DNA of 51,846 nt from a virus (Duplodnaviria > Caudoviricetes), in IMG/VR virus record IMGVR_UViG_3300046171_000023, positions 1 to 51,846 of that record. The stretch is one strand, 5' to 3'. Positions 1 to 10,774 of the stretch are shown one piece after another. Below the pieces are notes generated by a model that was not told the origin of the DNA, did no database searches, and was given only the letters and a program-made list of their open reading frames with translations. Made by a program: the position numbers and the translations under genes. Each line of letters begins with the position of its first letter. The first letter of the stretch is position 1.

Positions 1-2340
1 GAAGAACTTGGAAGTTCTTTATTACAACGACAATCAGATATAGCAGCACAAAGAGCTAAAGAAGCTAAAAAGAATAGAAAGTTTCAACAAGCTATAGGTT
101 TATTAACAGCAGGTCAAGCTGTTTTTAAAAATGCTGTTCAAAAAAGATTAAAAGAAGCAGACGATGAACTATCTTTTAATTTACAAGATAATGCTGAACA
201 ATCTCAACAAATAAAAACTTTAGGTAGAATAGGTGCAAACATGCCAGACAAAGCATGGTTTGCAGAAAGAAAAGATATGGATGTGAATACTCTAACTAAA
301 GAAATAATGGAAGATAATAGATATGGTAAAAATTTACAACAAAATTTAGCTCCTGTTATTGATGCAGCTATTAAACAAGGCATACCTGAAGAAGAATATC
401 CTTTGTTTAAAAAAGGCACATCTGAATATGATACAACTTTTCAACTTGGAATGCATAACTTAATTAGTAATTATGTTTCTCCTTATGTTGATTCAAAAGG
501 TAATAAAACAGGTAAACGTAATTTTGAAATGTACGAAATTGAATTAAGAAAGTTATTAAATGCAAGAGATTTAGATTCTGCAAAATTATATGAACAAGCT
601 ATAGCTATTACACCGGGTCGTTTAAATCAAGTTGAAAAAAGATATTATGCTAGATTAAAAGATGAATATGCTAATAGAGGATATATTGAAAGTTTTAAAG
701 ATATATTTAGAAAAGTAGGTAGAAGACAAGAACAACAAGGAAAATTAAATATATTTAGAGGTATAGAAAATACAGATGTTTATGGTTCTAATATAAATGA
801 TATCTTAACAACTTTAAATATTGAAGGTCCTTTAATTACTTCTATAGATAAATCATTAGCTCAATATAGAGGAAGTGCTACTCAAGCTTTAGTTAGTGCT
901 AAAGCAGACCCTGATTTAATAGCAAGAAGTTCTTTAGCTATTGATTCTTTTGGTAGAAATTTAGGTAATAAAAAATTATATAATTCTGATAATACTTTAA
1001 AAATGTCTGAACGTGGGTCTTGGTCTTGGGGAAGATTTATGACAGATATTAATAAAGATGAAGCTCAAAAACAAGCCTTTGCAAAAGACGTAGCTGGTTT
1101 AACTAACGCATTCCAAGATGATACAGACTTTGCTTTAGCTGCTTTTACTTCTTCATTAGAAGATAGAGGCGAAGAAGTAACCGATGATATGGTACAAGAA
1201 TTTTATCAAAAAATAACAAGCCCAGATAATGAAATGTATAGAATGAATATTGCAATAGCTGTAGCAGCTAATGAAGGTTTTCAAGAAGGAGGAGGGTTAC
1301 TTAAAGGTAAACCTGAATATTACAGAACTAGTTTTGATGAAGTAGTTCGAGATTATAAATACGATAGATTTAAAGGAAGCATACCTGTATTGTTAGGAGA
1401 AGGTATTGCTGTTCCGTCAGAAACTAATACAGGAAATTATCAAGAAGATGCAAGTTATAATAAAATGAGTGTTGAAGATAGAAAGATTGCATTTAATAAT
1501 CAATTAAAGTTTATTGAACAAAGTAAATTAAGTCAAACTTCAAAAATGAGATTAATTGAAAATTTATTTGATAATGTAAAACAACCAGAATTTACTACTC
1601 CTCAAGAATATTTAGAAGCTTACCCACCTGAAAGTAGAGTACAACAATCTAGACTTATATATATACCGGGACCGGGAGGAGGAAGTTTAGTTAGCGTCCC
1701 AACTAATGTAAGTCAAAAAAAAAATATAATAGTTGAAGATAAACAAGTAAGTGATTCTATTATGATTGCTCCTATAAATAATGATGTTACTGAGTTACAA
1801 AATAAACATTTAACACAAAAAAATAAAGATGGCACTCCTCGATTTACATATGATAATATTGACAATGCCCAACAAAAGTTATATGATTTAAGTTCTGTTT
1901 TATTATATATTGAAAGTGATGGTAACTTTGATGCTGCAAATCCAAATGATGCAGGTGTTGTAGATGAGCAGTCAGCAAGAGGAGGTTATCAATATAAACC
2001 ACCTTCAGTTGTACCTGCTGTAAATAGATTAGAAACAGTAATGGGTCAAATGCCTAGATTTGATGAGGTTAGAAAAACAGGTGATGTTAGAAGTTTAAGT
2101 GAAGCAGACCAAACTCTTTTAATGATGGCTGATATTTTACAAAAAACTGCTGTTGTAAAAGGTGATAAAAAACCGGGATTTGGAGATACTTTAATTCAAA
2201 ATTATTTAGATGCAGAAAGCCCAAAAGAAAAAAGAAATTCTGTATATGAAATTTATAAAATTTTACATCATGCAGGAGGTGGACTTCCACTCAAAGCTAA
2301 ATTTAATACAACCCGTAAACTAAGGAAATATTTTAACTAA
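1..2340 (+). CDS. Internal virion (ejection) protein with a putative C-terminal lytic transglycosylase-like domain; 3' part of a gene starting at 51793 (~797 aa total)
   Basis: Frame 1 is open from base 1 and continues in frame from ATG 51793. C-terminal LLYIESDGNFDAAN...SARGGYQY resembles SLT/lysozyme-like motifs. Lies in the ejection-protein block. Confidence 0.65.
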   Translation, partial: EELGSSLLQRQSDIAAQRAKEAKKNRKFQQAIGLLTAGQAVFKNAVQKRLKEADDELSFNLQDNAEQSQQIKTLGRIGANMPDKAWFAERKDMDVNTLTKEIMEDNRYGKNLQQNLAPVIDAAIKQGIPEEEYPLFKKGTSEYDTTFQLGMHNLISNYVSPYVDSKGNKTGKRNFEMYEIELRKLLNARDLDSAKLYEQAIAITPGRLNQVEKRYYARLKDEYANRGYIESFKDIFRKVGRRQEQQGKLNIFRGIENTDVYGSNINDILTTLNIEGPLITSIDKSLAQYRGSATQALVSAKADPDLIARSSLAIDSFGRNLGNKKLYNSDNTLKMSERGSWSWGRFMTDINKDEAQKQAFAKDVAGLTNAFQDDTDFALAAFTSSLEDRGEEVTDDMVQEFYQKITSPDNEMYRMNIAIAVAANEGFQEGGGLLKGKPEYYRTSFDEVVRDYKYDRFKGSIPVLLGEGIAVPSETNTGNYQEDASYNKMSVEDRKIAFNNQLKFIEQSKLSQTSKMRLIENLFDNVKQPEFTTPQEYLEAYPPESRVQQSRLIYIPGPGGGSLVSVPTNVSQKKNIIVEDKQVSDSIMIAPINNDVTELQNKHLTQKNKDGTPRFTYDNIDNAQQKLYDLSSVLLYIESDGNFDAANPNDAGVVDEQSARGGYQYKPPSVVPAVNRLETVMGQMPRFDEVRKTGDVRSLSEADQTLLMMADILQKTAVVKGDKKPGFGDTLIQNYLDAESPKEKRNSVYEIYKILHHAGGGLPLKAKFNTTRKLRKYFN

Positions 2341-5300
2341 TGAGAATACCATTTGGTCAAGCTACAAGTTCAATAATAGATTTATATAATGAACTAACTC
2401 AAGACGAGACTCAAAAGCCTAAAGATATGCAAGAGGGTATCAATCCTCTTTATCAACAAATACCAGAAGTTAAAACTGATGAAATACAACAGGCTAAAGA
2501 TTCTATTGTTGGGAATATTCAAAAAGAAATTAAAGAAACTATTACACCTCCAAGTACTGTTCAAACTAAAAAAAGTTTAACACAGTTAGCTGATGATGAA
2601 GAGTTTTCTACAAGAGCTGAAAGATTTTTAGAAGGTATTGAAAGTAATGAAAACATATTTGAATATCTTAGAGATTCTGAATATAGTTTAAGTTCTGCTG
2701 CTGTTCGTTCTTTTCAAACAGGTAAGTGGACAGAAGAACAAAAAGACGATTATGTTTATTTAAGAAACGAATTTCAAAATGCAAACCTTAAAGGCTTTAG
2801 AGAACATTTTGGTTTAGTAAAAGATTTATCAGGTGATTTACTTTTAGACCCATTAAATATTTTAGCTGCTATGTTTGCAATACCAACTGCCGGTGCTAGT
2901 GTAGCTAGTCGTGCTGCTTTAGGTGCTGCAGCTCAACAAAGCATGAAAGCTTTTACTAAATCTAAATTAAAAAAAGCAATTACTAAAGAAACTACAAAAG
3001 ACTTTGCTTTATTTGGAGCTGCTGAAGGAATGGCTTGGGAAGGACTCCATAATTATTTTATGCAAGATATGAATGTAGATTTAGATTTAATTGATTCTAT
3101 AGATTTATCTGAAATAAGTGCTTCTGCATTAATTGGTGGTACAATAGGTGCAGGTATAGGTGGGGCTGTTGGTGTAGGAATGGGTAGAAGATATTCTAGA
3201 TTTGCTGAAAAAGAATTTAGATATGCTAATGAAGATGCGTTTGGATTTGTAGGACCACAACAAAGAAAAGTAGAGTTAGAGCAGTGGGAGATTGACCAAG
3301 CTTCTCAGAATCCTTTAAACTTAGACGAAGAATTTGTAGGACCTACACAAGAATTTATTGGACCTTTACCAGAAACAGATTTTTTAAATAAACAATCTTT
3401 TTCACAAAGATTTAAAGAACGATTAAAAAAGAAAATTCCTTTTGATACTGAAAAAAGAAAAAGACAACATCAATTAAATTGGATAATGGCTAGAACAACA
3501 GGTAAAGCTACTACAGAATTTTTAGAATACGCTAAAGACTCTCCAGCATTACAAAACTTTTTAAGAAAAATAAGATATGATTATGATGTTGGTCTTATTA
3601 CTGTCGGTGAGAGAAGTGTAAAAAAAGCTACATTAAAAGACGGTACTGAAAGTAAATGGTCTTTTGGTGAATTTGTTGGAAGAAAGTTTGGTCAATATCA
3701 TTATGGACTAAATAAAGCTTTAAATACTTTATATAGAACTGGATGGTTTGCTCGTATAGATAAAGAACAAAACGATACTTTATATGCTTTATTGTCTGAT
3801 AAAAATATTGGTATTAAAAAAGGTGAAGGTAAAATTACTATAGATACTCTTTTAGAAAGAGGAAAGTATAATTCAAAAATTAATGAAACACCTCAAGTTT
3901 TTAAAATTGATGCTGATGTTGCAGATGCTTATAGAGGTGTAAGAGCATTACTAGATGATTCTTTTGATGATGCACAAGAACTAGGATTATTTAAAACAGG
4001 AACTCTTAATAAAGGTGGGTTTTTTCCTAGGCTTTATAAATTTGATGTTCTTTCTAAAAAATCAGATGTTTTTGCACAAAAATTAATTAGAGCAGGACAT
4101 GCAAACCCTGATAATTCAGTAGTCGAAATAGATATAATATTATCAGATGGAACTAAAGGTACTGGTAGACCTGCTGATGCTAAAACTATGGATGATGAAA
4201 TATTTCAATTAAGTGAAAAATATCAGGTAAATAGTTTTGAAGAACTAGCTAAAAAAGAATTAGACGTAGATGTAGCTGCTGGAAGAAAAACAACTTATAC
4301 TAAAAAAGAATTAGAAAATACAGCTAAAGAATTAAAAGCTAAAGAAATTGTTGAGGGAATGATTGATGAAAGATATACTCCTTATGAATTAAGAAAAGCA
4401 GGTGCTAATAACTCTTTAGGATTTTTTCAAGCTAGAAGATTTAATAATTTAAAAGATAGTGATATTGCAGAATTTTTAGAAACAGATGTTCAACAAGTAT
4501 TAGAAAATTATTTTACTAATATGGCACAATCACAAGGACGTAAAAAATATTTTGGAAATACTCTAAGAGAATTTGAAACTGAAAGACAATTAATAATGAA
4601 TGAGTTAATGGAATCAGCTTTAAACAGAGGTTTAAATAAAACACAAGCTAGACAAGAAGCTGAAGAAATTTCAAAAGGAATAGGTGATGTATTTAAAAAA
4701 GTTACTGGCTTAGAAACTTATCAAAATAGTGTGTTTAGAAATACAAAATTTGGTAGAGCATTTAGTGATGGTACTAAATTAGTACAACAAATGGCTCATT
4801 TACCTTTTGCAACTATTTCTAGTATAACAGAACCATTAATTTTATTAAGTCGTGCAAATCCCGGAGATGTAAAAGAAACTGCAAAAAGTATAGGTACAAG
4901 TATTGTATCAGAAGGTAAAAATACTTTTAAAAGATTATTTGACAATCTTTCAAGAACTCAAATAGGTGGTAAATACGGAACTCCTATTTTTAAAACTGGT
5001 AAAAAAATAAAAGGTTTTAAAGATATTGATGATGAAACATGGTCAGAACTTTATCAAACTGGATTAGCTTTAGAACAAGCAGTAATGCAAAGAATAGAGG
5101 GATTAGCTGGAGAAGCATTAGGTAATGAAAAACTTAGAAACATTCAACAAATGTTTTTTAAAACAAACATACTTACACAATGGACAAAGGCTGTTCAACT
5201 TGCTGCATTTACTACAGGTAAAAGATTAATAAAACAAAACGCAGAACAATTATATTATGGTAAAACTTTAGTTGGTAGAAAATTAACTAAACAAAATAAA

Positions 5301-6275
5301 AAGTATTTAATAAATCAATTAAATGAATTAGGTATTGATGAAAATGAAGCTTTAAAATGGTATAAAGGTTCATTAGATAAAAATGGTAAATATGATATAA
5401 ATAAAGCTAGAGGTATAAATAATAAAGGAGAAATTATTCAAGACCGATATGGTAATGTTACTTTTAATAGTAATTTTTATAGTAAAGATTATTTAGCTGC
5501 TGCAAATAGATTTACTAAAGAAATTATTTTAAACCCAACTACTGCAGAAGCTAACAGACCTTTATGGTTTTCACATCCAGCATCTCAATTTTTAGTACAA
5601 TTTGCTGGTTATCCTACTGCTTTTAATAATACAATTTTAAAAAGATTTGTTAATGAAGGACTTAATAATCCGGGAACAGCAAGAGAAAAAACAGTAGCAA
5701 CTGCTATGTTAATGACATCAGTAGCTTATTTAGGTAATGAACTTAGAAGTAATGGAAAAGCTACTATTGATTATGAAACAGGAGAAACAAAACCTATATA
5801 TCAAATAATGGGAGATGCTGCTAGACGTACTGGATTATATGGACCTATTGATTATGCATCTAGATTTAATTCTGAATTTAGTAGAAATTCAGGGGGAATT
5901 GCAGCAATTATAAAAGCTGTTGGTGGTCCAACTGTTCAAGATGGTGTTGATGCTCTTATTTATAGAAAAAATTTAGCAGAAGTAGGTATAACTAATGTAC
6001 CTTTTTATTCTGCTTATGATTTAATATTTGGAGCTGGTACTAAAAAGAATTTAAGAAGAATTGCTGCAGGTAGACCTAAAGAAAAATTAAAAAAATTCAC
6101 ACCTATTAAATATTCTAAAGGTGGGATAGTTAAAAATGTACCTAATGTTACAGACGAACCTGATGAAATGATAAATAGAAATACAGGATTACCGTTTAAC
6201 GCAACCTCAGAAGCTGCACAAGACATTGAAGATAGAGAACTTAAATCACAAATGGAAGGACTAGGATTAAAATGA
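2340..6275 (+). CDS. Large internal virion/ejection protein (T7 gp16-like position and size)
   Basis: 1311 aa, helical, Gly/Ala-rich hydrophobic segments; last gene of the ejection block; TAATG-coupled to the previous gene. Confidence 0.6.
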   Translation: MRIPFGQATSSIIDLYNELTQDETQKPKDMQEGINPLYQQIPEVKTDEIQQAKDSIVGNIQKEIKETITPPSTVQTKKSLTQLADDEEFSTRAERFLEGIESNENIFEYLRDSEYSLSSAAVRSFQTGKWTEEQKDDYVYLRNEFQNANLKGFREHFGLVKDLSGDLLLDPLNILAAMFAIPTAGASVASRAALGAAAQQSMKAFTKSKLKKAITKETTKDFALFGAAEGMAWEGLHNYFMQDMNVDLDLIDSIDLSEISASALIGGTIGAGIGGAVGVGMGRRYSRFAEKEFRYANEDAFGFVGPQQRKVELEQWEIDQASQNPLNLDEEFVGPTQEFIGPLPETDFLNKQSFSQRFKERLKKKIPFDTEKRKRQHQLNWIMARTTGKATTEFLEYAKDSPALQNFLRKIRYDYDVGLITVGERSVKKATLKDGTESKWSFGEFVGRKFGQYHYGLNKALNTLYRTGWFARIDKEQNDTLYALLSDKNIGIKKGEGKITIDTLLERGKYNSKINETPQVFKIDADVADAYRGVRALLDDSFDDAQELGLFKTGTLNKGGFFPRLYKFDVLSKKSDVFAQKLIRAGHANPDNSVVEIDIILSDGTKGTGRPADAKTMDDEIFQLSEKYQVNSFEELAKKELDVDVAAGRKTTYTKKELENTAKELKAKEIVEGMIDERYTPYELRKAGANNSLGFFQARRFNNLKDSDIAEFLETDVQQVLENYFTNMAQSQGRKKYFGNTLREFETERQLIMNELMESALNRGLNKTQARQEAEEISKGIGDVFKKVTGLETYQNSVFRNTKFGRAFSDGTKLVQQMAHLPFATISSITEPLILLSRANPGDVKETAKSIGTSIVSEGKNTFKRLFDNLSRTQIGGKYGTPIFKTGKKIKGFKDIDDETWSELYQTGLALEQAVMQRIEGLAGEALGNEKLRNIQQMFFKTNILTQWTKAVQLAAFTTGKRLIKQNAEQLYYGKTLVGRKLTKQNKKYLINQLNELGIDENEALKWYKGSLDKNGKYDINKARGINNKGEIIQDRYGNVTFNSNFYSKDYLAAANRFTKEIILNPTTAEANRPLWFSHPASQFLVQFAGYPTAFNNTILKRFVNEGLNNPGTAREKTVATAMLMTSVAYLGNELRSNGKATIDYETGETKPIYQIMGDAARRTGLYGPIDYASRFNSEFSRNSGGIAAIIKAVGGPTVQDGVDALIYRKNLAEVGITNVPFYSAYDLIFGAGTKKNLRRIAAGRPKEKLKKFTPIKYSKGGIVKNVPNVTDEPDEMINRNTGLPFNATSEAAQDIEDRELKSQMEGLGLK

Positions 6276-6721
6276 ACATAGAACTATGTAAAGAACAAAT
6301 TAAAAGACACGAAGGCGAAGTACTAAACATTTATGAAGATAGTTTAGGATATAAAACTCTAGGAGTTGGACATCTTTGCAAACCCGAAGACCCTGAATAT
6401 GGGTGGGCAGTAGGTACATCTGTATCTCAAGAAGTTGTAGACATGTATTATAAAAATGATTTTACTACACATTTAGCAGAAACTATACATATCTTTGGAA
6501 GTGACGAAGCTTTTTATAATTTACCAGAAAGAATACAACATGTATTAGTTAATATGTGTTTTAATTTAGGTGGCACAAGATTATCAAAATTTAAAAATAT
6601 GATTAAAGCTTGTAGAGAACATAACTGGAAAGAAATGGCTGTACAAATGGAAGACAGTCGTTGGTATGGTCAAGTAGGTAGAAGAAGTAAAGAATTACAA
6701 GATATAGTATTAGGAGTATGA
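6272..6721 (+). CDS. Endolysin, phage lysozyme (GH24/T4-like)
   Basis: HEG...YEDSLGYKTLGVGH catalytic E-x8-D-x5-T pattern; NMCFNLG; SRWYGQVGRR. Confidence 0.9.
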   Translation: MNIELCKEQIKRHEGEVLNIYEDSLGYKTLGVGHLCKPEDPEYGWAVGTSVSQEVVDMYYKNDFTTHLAETIHIFGSDEAFYNLPERIQHVLVNMCFNLGGTRLSKFKNMIKACREHNWKEMAVQMEDSRWYGQVGRRSKELQDIVLGV

Positions 6722-6722
6722 A

Positions 6723-7196
6723 ATGAAAGCATTATTAAAAAACATAGTTGGAGCTGTTGCACCTACATTAGGAACTGCATTAGGTGGACCAATGGGAGGC
6801 ATGGCAGCTAATATGATAGCTGATGTCTTAGGATGTCCTAACAATCCAAAGGCAATAGAGAAGGCTGTAGCAGAAGCTACTCCTGAACAAATGTTAGAAC
6901 TTAAAAAAGCTGAGAATGATTTTGAAATACAAATGAAAGAACTTGAAGTTGATGTATTTAAATTAGAAGTAGCTGATGGTCAAGATGCTAGGAATAAATT
7001 TAGTAAAGACTGGACAGCTCGTATAATGGGCATAGCTGTTGTTGGTGGATTTATGGGATACATATTTCTTGTTACTTTACAACCACCAGAACAAAATAGT
7101 GAAGCTTTAATAAATTTAGTATTAGGTTACCTTGGTGGTTTAGCTAGTGCTGTTATTAGTTTTTACTTTGGTGCTTCAAACACAACAGATAAATAA
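6723..7196 (+). CDS. Holin-like membrane protein
   Basis: Follows the lysozyme; Gly-rich N-terminus, coiled region, two C-terminal TM helices ending ISFYFGAS. Confidence 0.65.
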   Translation: MKALLKNIVGAVAPTLGTALGGPMGGMAANMIADVLGCPNNPKAIEKAVAEATPEQMLELKKAENDFEIQMKELEVDVFKLEVADGQDARNKFSKDWTARIMGIAVVGGFMGYIFLVTLQPPEQNSEALINLVLGYLGGLASAVISFYFGASNTTDK

Positions 7197-7206
7197 AGGA
7201 GATAAA

Positions 7207-8271
7207 ATGTCAAGAGGAGATATAAATAAAAATTTTTTTGGACCATTACTTATATTAAGTTTATGGGCAATGTCGTTTACTTTAAGTGCAGATGACTGTA
7301 CTGCAGGTACACAGTATTGTGAAGACAATGAATTAACTACTACTAATACTACTACTACTACAAATACTAACACTAATAATAATACTAATAATAATACAAA
7401 TACAAACACTAATACAAACAATAATACAAATACTAATACTAATAATAATACTAATGTTAATACATCAACTAACACAAATAACAATACTAATAATTCCACG
7501 TCTACTAGTACTAATACCAATACTAACAACAATAATAACACATCTACATCTACATCTAACTCTACTGTAAACTCTACAGTAAATCAAAATGTAAACAACA
7601 ATAGTAATTCTACTAGTAATAATACAAATACTAATAATAATACTAATGTTAATCAATCTACTTCAGATTCTAATGTTACTACTGATAATACTAATACCAA
7701 TAATAACAATACAAAGTCTGATAATACTAATAGAAATATTAACGAGTCTAACTCTACACAAACAATCAACCAGAATGTAAAAAGCAAAGCACCTCCTGCT
7801 TCTGCTATAGCACCTAGTATTATGTCTTACTCCCAAGACCTTTGTACTGTGGGTCGTTCTGGTGCTTATCAAGGGCAAGTATTTGGGTTCTCTACAGGAC
7901 GTACAGTTACTGATACTAACTGTGAACGCTTAAAACTTTCCAAGTATCTCTATGATACCGGTATGAAAGTAGCTTCAGTTTCAATACTTTGTCAAGACCC
8001 GAGAGTATTTAAGGCTATGGAAATGGCTGGTACTCCTTGCCCTTACCAAGGTCAGATAGGTAAAGAAGCTACCAAAGCTTGGGCAGAAAACAAATCTAAA
8101 AGACCTGATGCTAAAGACCAAGAGAAACTTTTTATACAGCAATGCACACACGACAGAAATCCTAACAGAGACAAGATAAACAAAGATGTTGTTGGGGCAG
8201 TCAAAGTTATTTATACAACTAAAACTAAAACTAAAAGGCAATGCAGAAAAGAATTCTATGCTACGCAGTAG
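7207..8271 (+). CDS. Secreted protein with Asn/Thr-rich linker and Cys-rich C-terminal domain
   Basis: RBS AAGGAG before ATG 7207; signal-peptide-like PLLILSLWAMSFTLSA; APPASAIAP...CERLKLSKYL...LCQDPRV...GTPCP domain. Confidence 0.7.
   Translation: MSRGDINKNFFGPLLILSLWAMSFTLSADDCTAGTQYCEDNELTTTNTTTTTNTNTNNNTNNNTNTNTNTNNNTNTNTNNNTNVNTSTNTNNNTNNSTSTSTNTNTNNNNNTSTSTSNSTVNSTVNQNVNNNSNSTSNNTNTNNNTNVNQSTSDSNVTTDNTNTNNNNTKSDNTNRNINESNSTQTINQNVKSKAPPASAIAPSIMSYSQDLCTVGRSGAYQGQVFGFSTGRTVTDTNCERLKLSKYLYDTGMKVASVSILCQDPRVFKAMEMAGTPCPYQGQIGKEATKAWAENKSKRPDAKDQEKLFIQQCTHDRNPNRDKINKDVVGAVKVIYTTKTKTKRQCRKEFYATQ
7330..7770 (+). repeat. Asn/Thr/Ser low-complexity coding tract
   Basis: Degenerate AAT/AAC/ACT/ACA triplet repeats encoding NTNNNT-like runs. 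Confidence 0.9.
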
Positions 8272-10205
8272 CGTGTCTATTAAGTCTTAATGTCTTTAGT
8301 CAGTATATCTACGAAGGCAATCAGTCTTTAGTAGACCTCACAAACGAATCAAATACAACCAGTCTAAACTCAGGAGACGACCAGCTTTCGTCTGCTTTTA
8401 ATTTAGATTTTACATTTACTTTTTACGATAAACAATTTACATCTGCTCGTATGGCTACGAATGGTTGTCTTCACTTTGGGTTAGGCACAGGTAATGTAAA
8501 CTATAATAATTACTGTGGTGATTATACACCTGACCCACTACCACAATACAACTACACACTGTTTCCGTTCTGGACTGACTTGATAAGAGATAACAACTCT
8601 AAAATGTTAGCCAAAAACTTTAGTGATAAGACAGTCTTTGGTTGGTACGATATGCGTGAGTATAATCGTAGTAATACTGATAACAGTTTTGAAGTAATAC
8701 TTTGGACTAACTCTACCTTTGATTTTAGATATGGTGACTTAAATATTATACAGCATGATGTTCTTATTGGACAACAGAAAGATTCAGATACTTACTATCA
8801 ATACTTGTTTCACGATGAATGTAATACAGGCACAACCAATACTAGTTCTTGTGTAAGTAAGGACTGGAATAGCACTACATCAAATACTTTATTAGAAGCT
8901 GGTGGTTCGTTGTATGGTACAAGCGAGACTATTGACTGTAGTAATCCTTTAAATGATTTAAGCTGTGCAGGGTACTGGGAAGCCTATGATGATTTTCAAT
9001 GTGACCTAGACCCACAGTATGGACCGTTTTGTCAAGGCTATCGACAAGAAGAAGATATAGGATACTATCAAGAAGAAGAATACTTTGACTACGGATACGA
9101 AGAAGAACTGTTTGACTATGGCTACGAAGAGTATGACATGTATGACACTTTTGAAGAGCCAGAAATCTTTGAAGAGTATATCTTTGAACCTGAGTATGAC
9201 ATCTTTGAAGAGCCTGAGTTAAGTATTTGAAGAAGAAATAATCTTTGAACAGTTTCAACCACTTGAAGAATTTGTAGAACCTCTTCCGTTTATACGTGAA
9301 GAAGAAGTCTTTATACCAATTGAAGAGTTAATGATTGAGGAGTTTGTATTTCAAGAAACATTTATTGAAGAAGTGGAGGAGTGGTTTGAGGAAGAGACAA
9401 TTGTGGAAGAAGAACTTGCGTATGCAGAAGAGCCGGAAGAAGAACTTATTGAAGAACTCGTTGAAGAAGAAGAGGTTATAGAAGAAGATATAGAAGAAGA
9501 GCTAGTTGCTGAAGAAAAAAGCTCAAGTCTAACAAAAGAAAAATCGTTAGCTGTTGTTGCATCTACAATTAAAACAGCAAGAAACAGTATATACACGACA
9601 ACAAGTGGTAATACATCGACAAACTCTAGCTCAAATTTAGCTACATCTGGTTCAACATCAGCTAGTTCAACAGGAAGTCTTAGTAATTCACCAAGTATAT
9701 CTGACCAGTTTTCGTCTTCAACTGCACAAACAAACCAGTTGCTAGATATGAGTACAACAGTTACAACTACAGTAACTTCAACAAATTCAATAGATTCTAA
9801 TATGAGTTCTACCACAAGCACAACATTTAGTTCTAACACCAATACAACAATAGTATTCAAAATCAAATTGATACATCTGTTTCTAGTGGTGGAGATACAG
9901 ATGCTGAACAGTTAGTAGAAAATATTATAGCACAAAACCTACAAGCTGCACAAAATGATGTCGAAGCTAAACAAGAAGAAACAGGTGAGTATGGGTCAGA
10001 GAATACTATCATAGCTTACATGGGGTTTGTTCCTAACTTTAATAACTATAGGTTAGTAACATTACCCGAACAAGAAACATGGTACGAGTCTACAGATATA
10101 TATGCCAACAATATGTTGTCAGATAACATCGAAGGCTTTTATCAAATGGCAGGTCAGAGTTTAGAAACACTGATTGAAATGAAAGAACTACAACCAAAAT
10201 TATAG
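8241..10205 (+). CDS. Large secreted protein (NIDO-like N-terminal domain, Cys-rich segment, Glu-rich stalk, Ser/Thr region), broken by two apparent indels (~9221, ~9845)
   Basis: ORFs 8241..9230, 9331..9915 and 10020..10205 join into one reading with single-base shifts; signal peptide; DDQLS..F.L.FTFTFY..NG.LHF..LFPFWTDL resembles NIDO-like domains. Confidence 0.6.
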
Positions 10206-10214
10206 GAGAATATT

Positions 10215-10557
10215 ATGAATTGGTTTGAAAACAAAACTACACAACTTATTGCTTTGGTAGGTATAGTAGGAACACTAGCCGGATTTGGTTATCAAGGAGC
10301 AGAGTACGTTAATAGATTAGAAAATCTTGAAGCTGCTGTTGGTGGTATTGCAGATACCGAAGATGCTCAAAAGATAATTGAAGAAAGGTTTGGTAAGATA
10401 GAAACATCGGTTCAATTTCTAGAAAAAGAAATAGACAACATATCTATTCCTGATGTCACTGAAATTAAAACCGACATTGCTACCATTAAAGCAGGACATT
10501 CAAGTTTAAATATAAGAAATAGATAAACTAGAAACTGGTAATCCTTTAGCAGGTTAG
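10215..10557 (+). CDS. N-terminally membrane-anchored coiled-coil protein, frameshifted near 10495-10515
   Basis: RBS AGGAG; TM LIALVGIVGTLAGFGY; heptads; an alternative frame continues EIDKLETGNPLAG-stop at 10557. Confidence 0.6.
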
Positions 10558-10774
10558 TTTTTTAAAAATTTAAACTCTCTTTGAAAGAAGTTATGTAAAT
10601 CTCCAAGCTTATGATTACCGTGCGGAGGATTGGTTTGATTACGTCTCTCTCATCAAGAGGGAATATTTACATCAACCATATCCTCCGGTATCATACTAAA
10701 CTCTGTAACTATTCATTGTTCCGTGTAAGAAGCACTTTAAAACTTACTAAGTTCGCTTCACTTTTATTAACCAT
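10554..10774 (-). CDS. Hypothetical protein, last gene of the minus arm, with apparent indels
   Basis: RBS GGAGAG then MVNKSEANLVSFKVLLTRNNE; shifted frames give VTEFSMIPEDMVD... and ...FFQREFKFLKN-stop. Confidence 0.45.

Noticed and set aside
9215-10720. Pseudogenes at the end of both arms
   Set aside because: Reading frames continue cleanly across 1-nt shifts; a second error cluster is more likely than decay.
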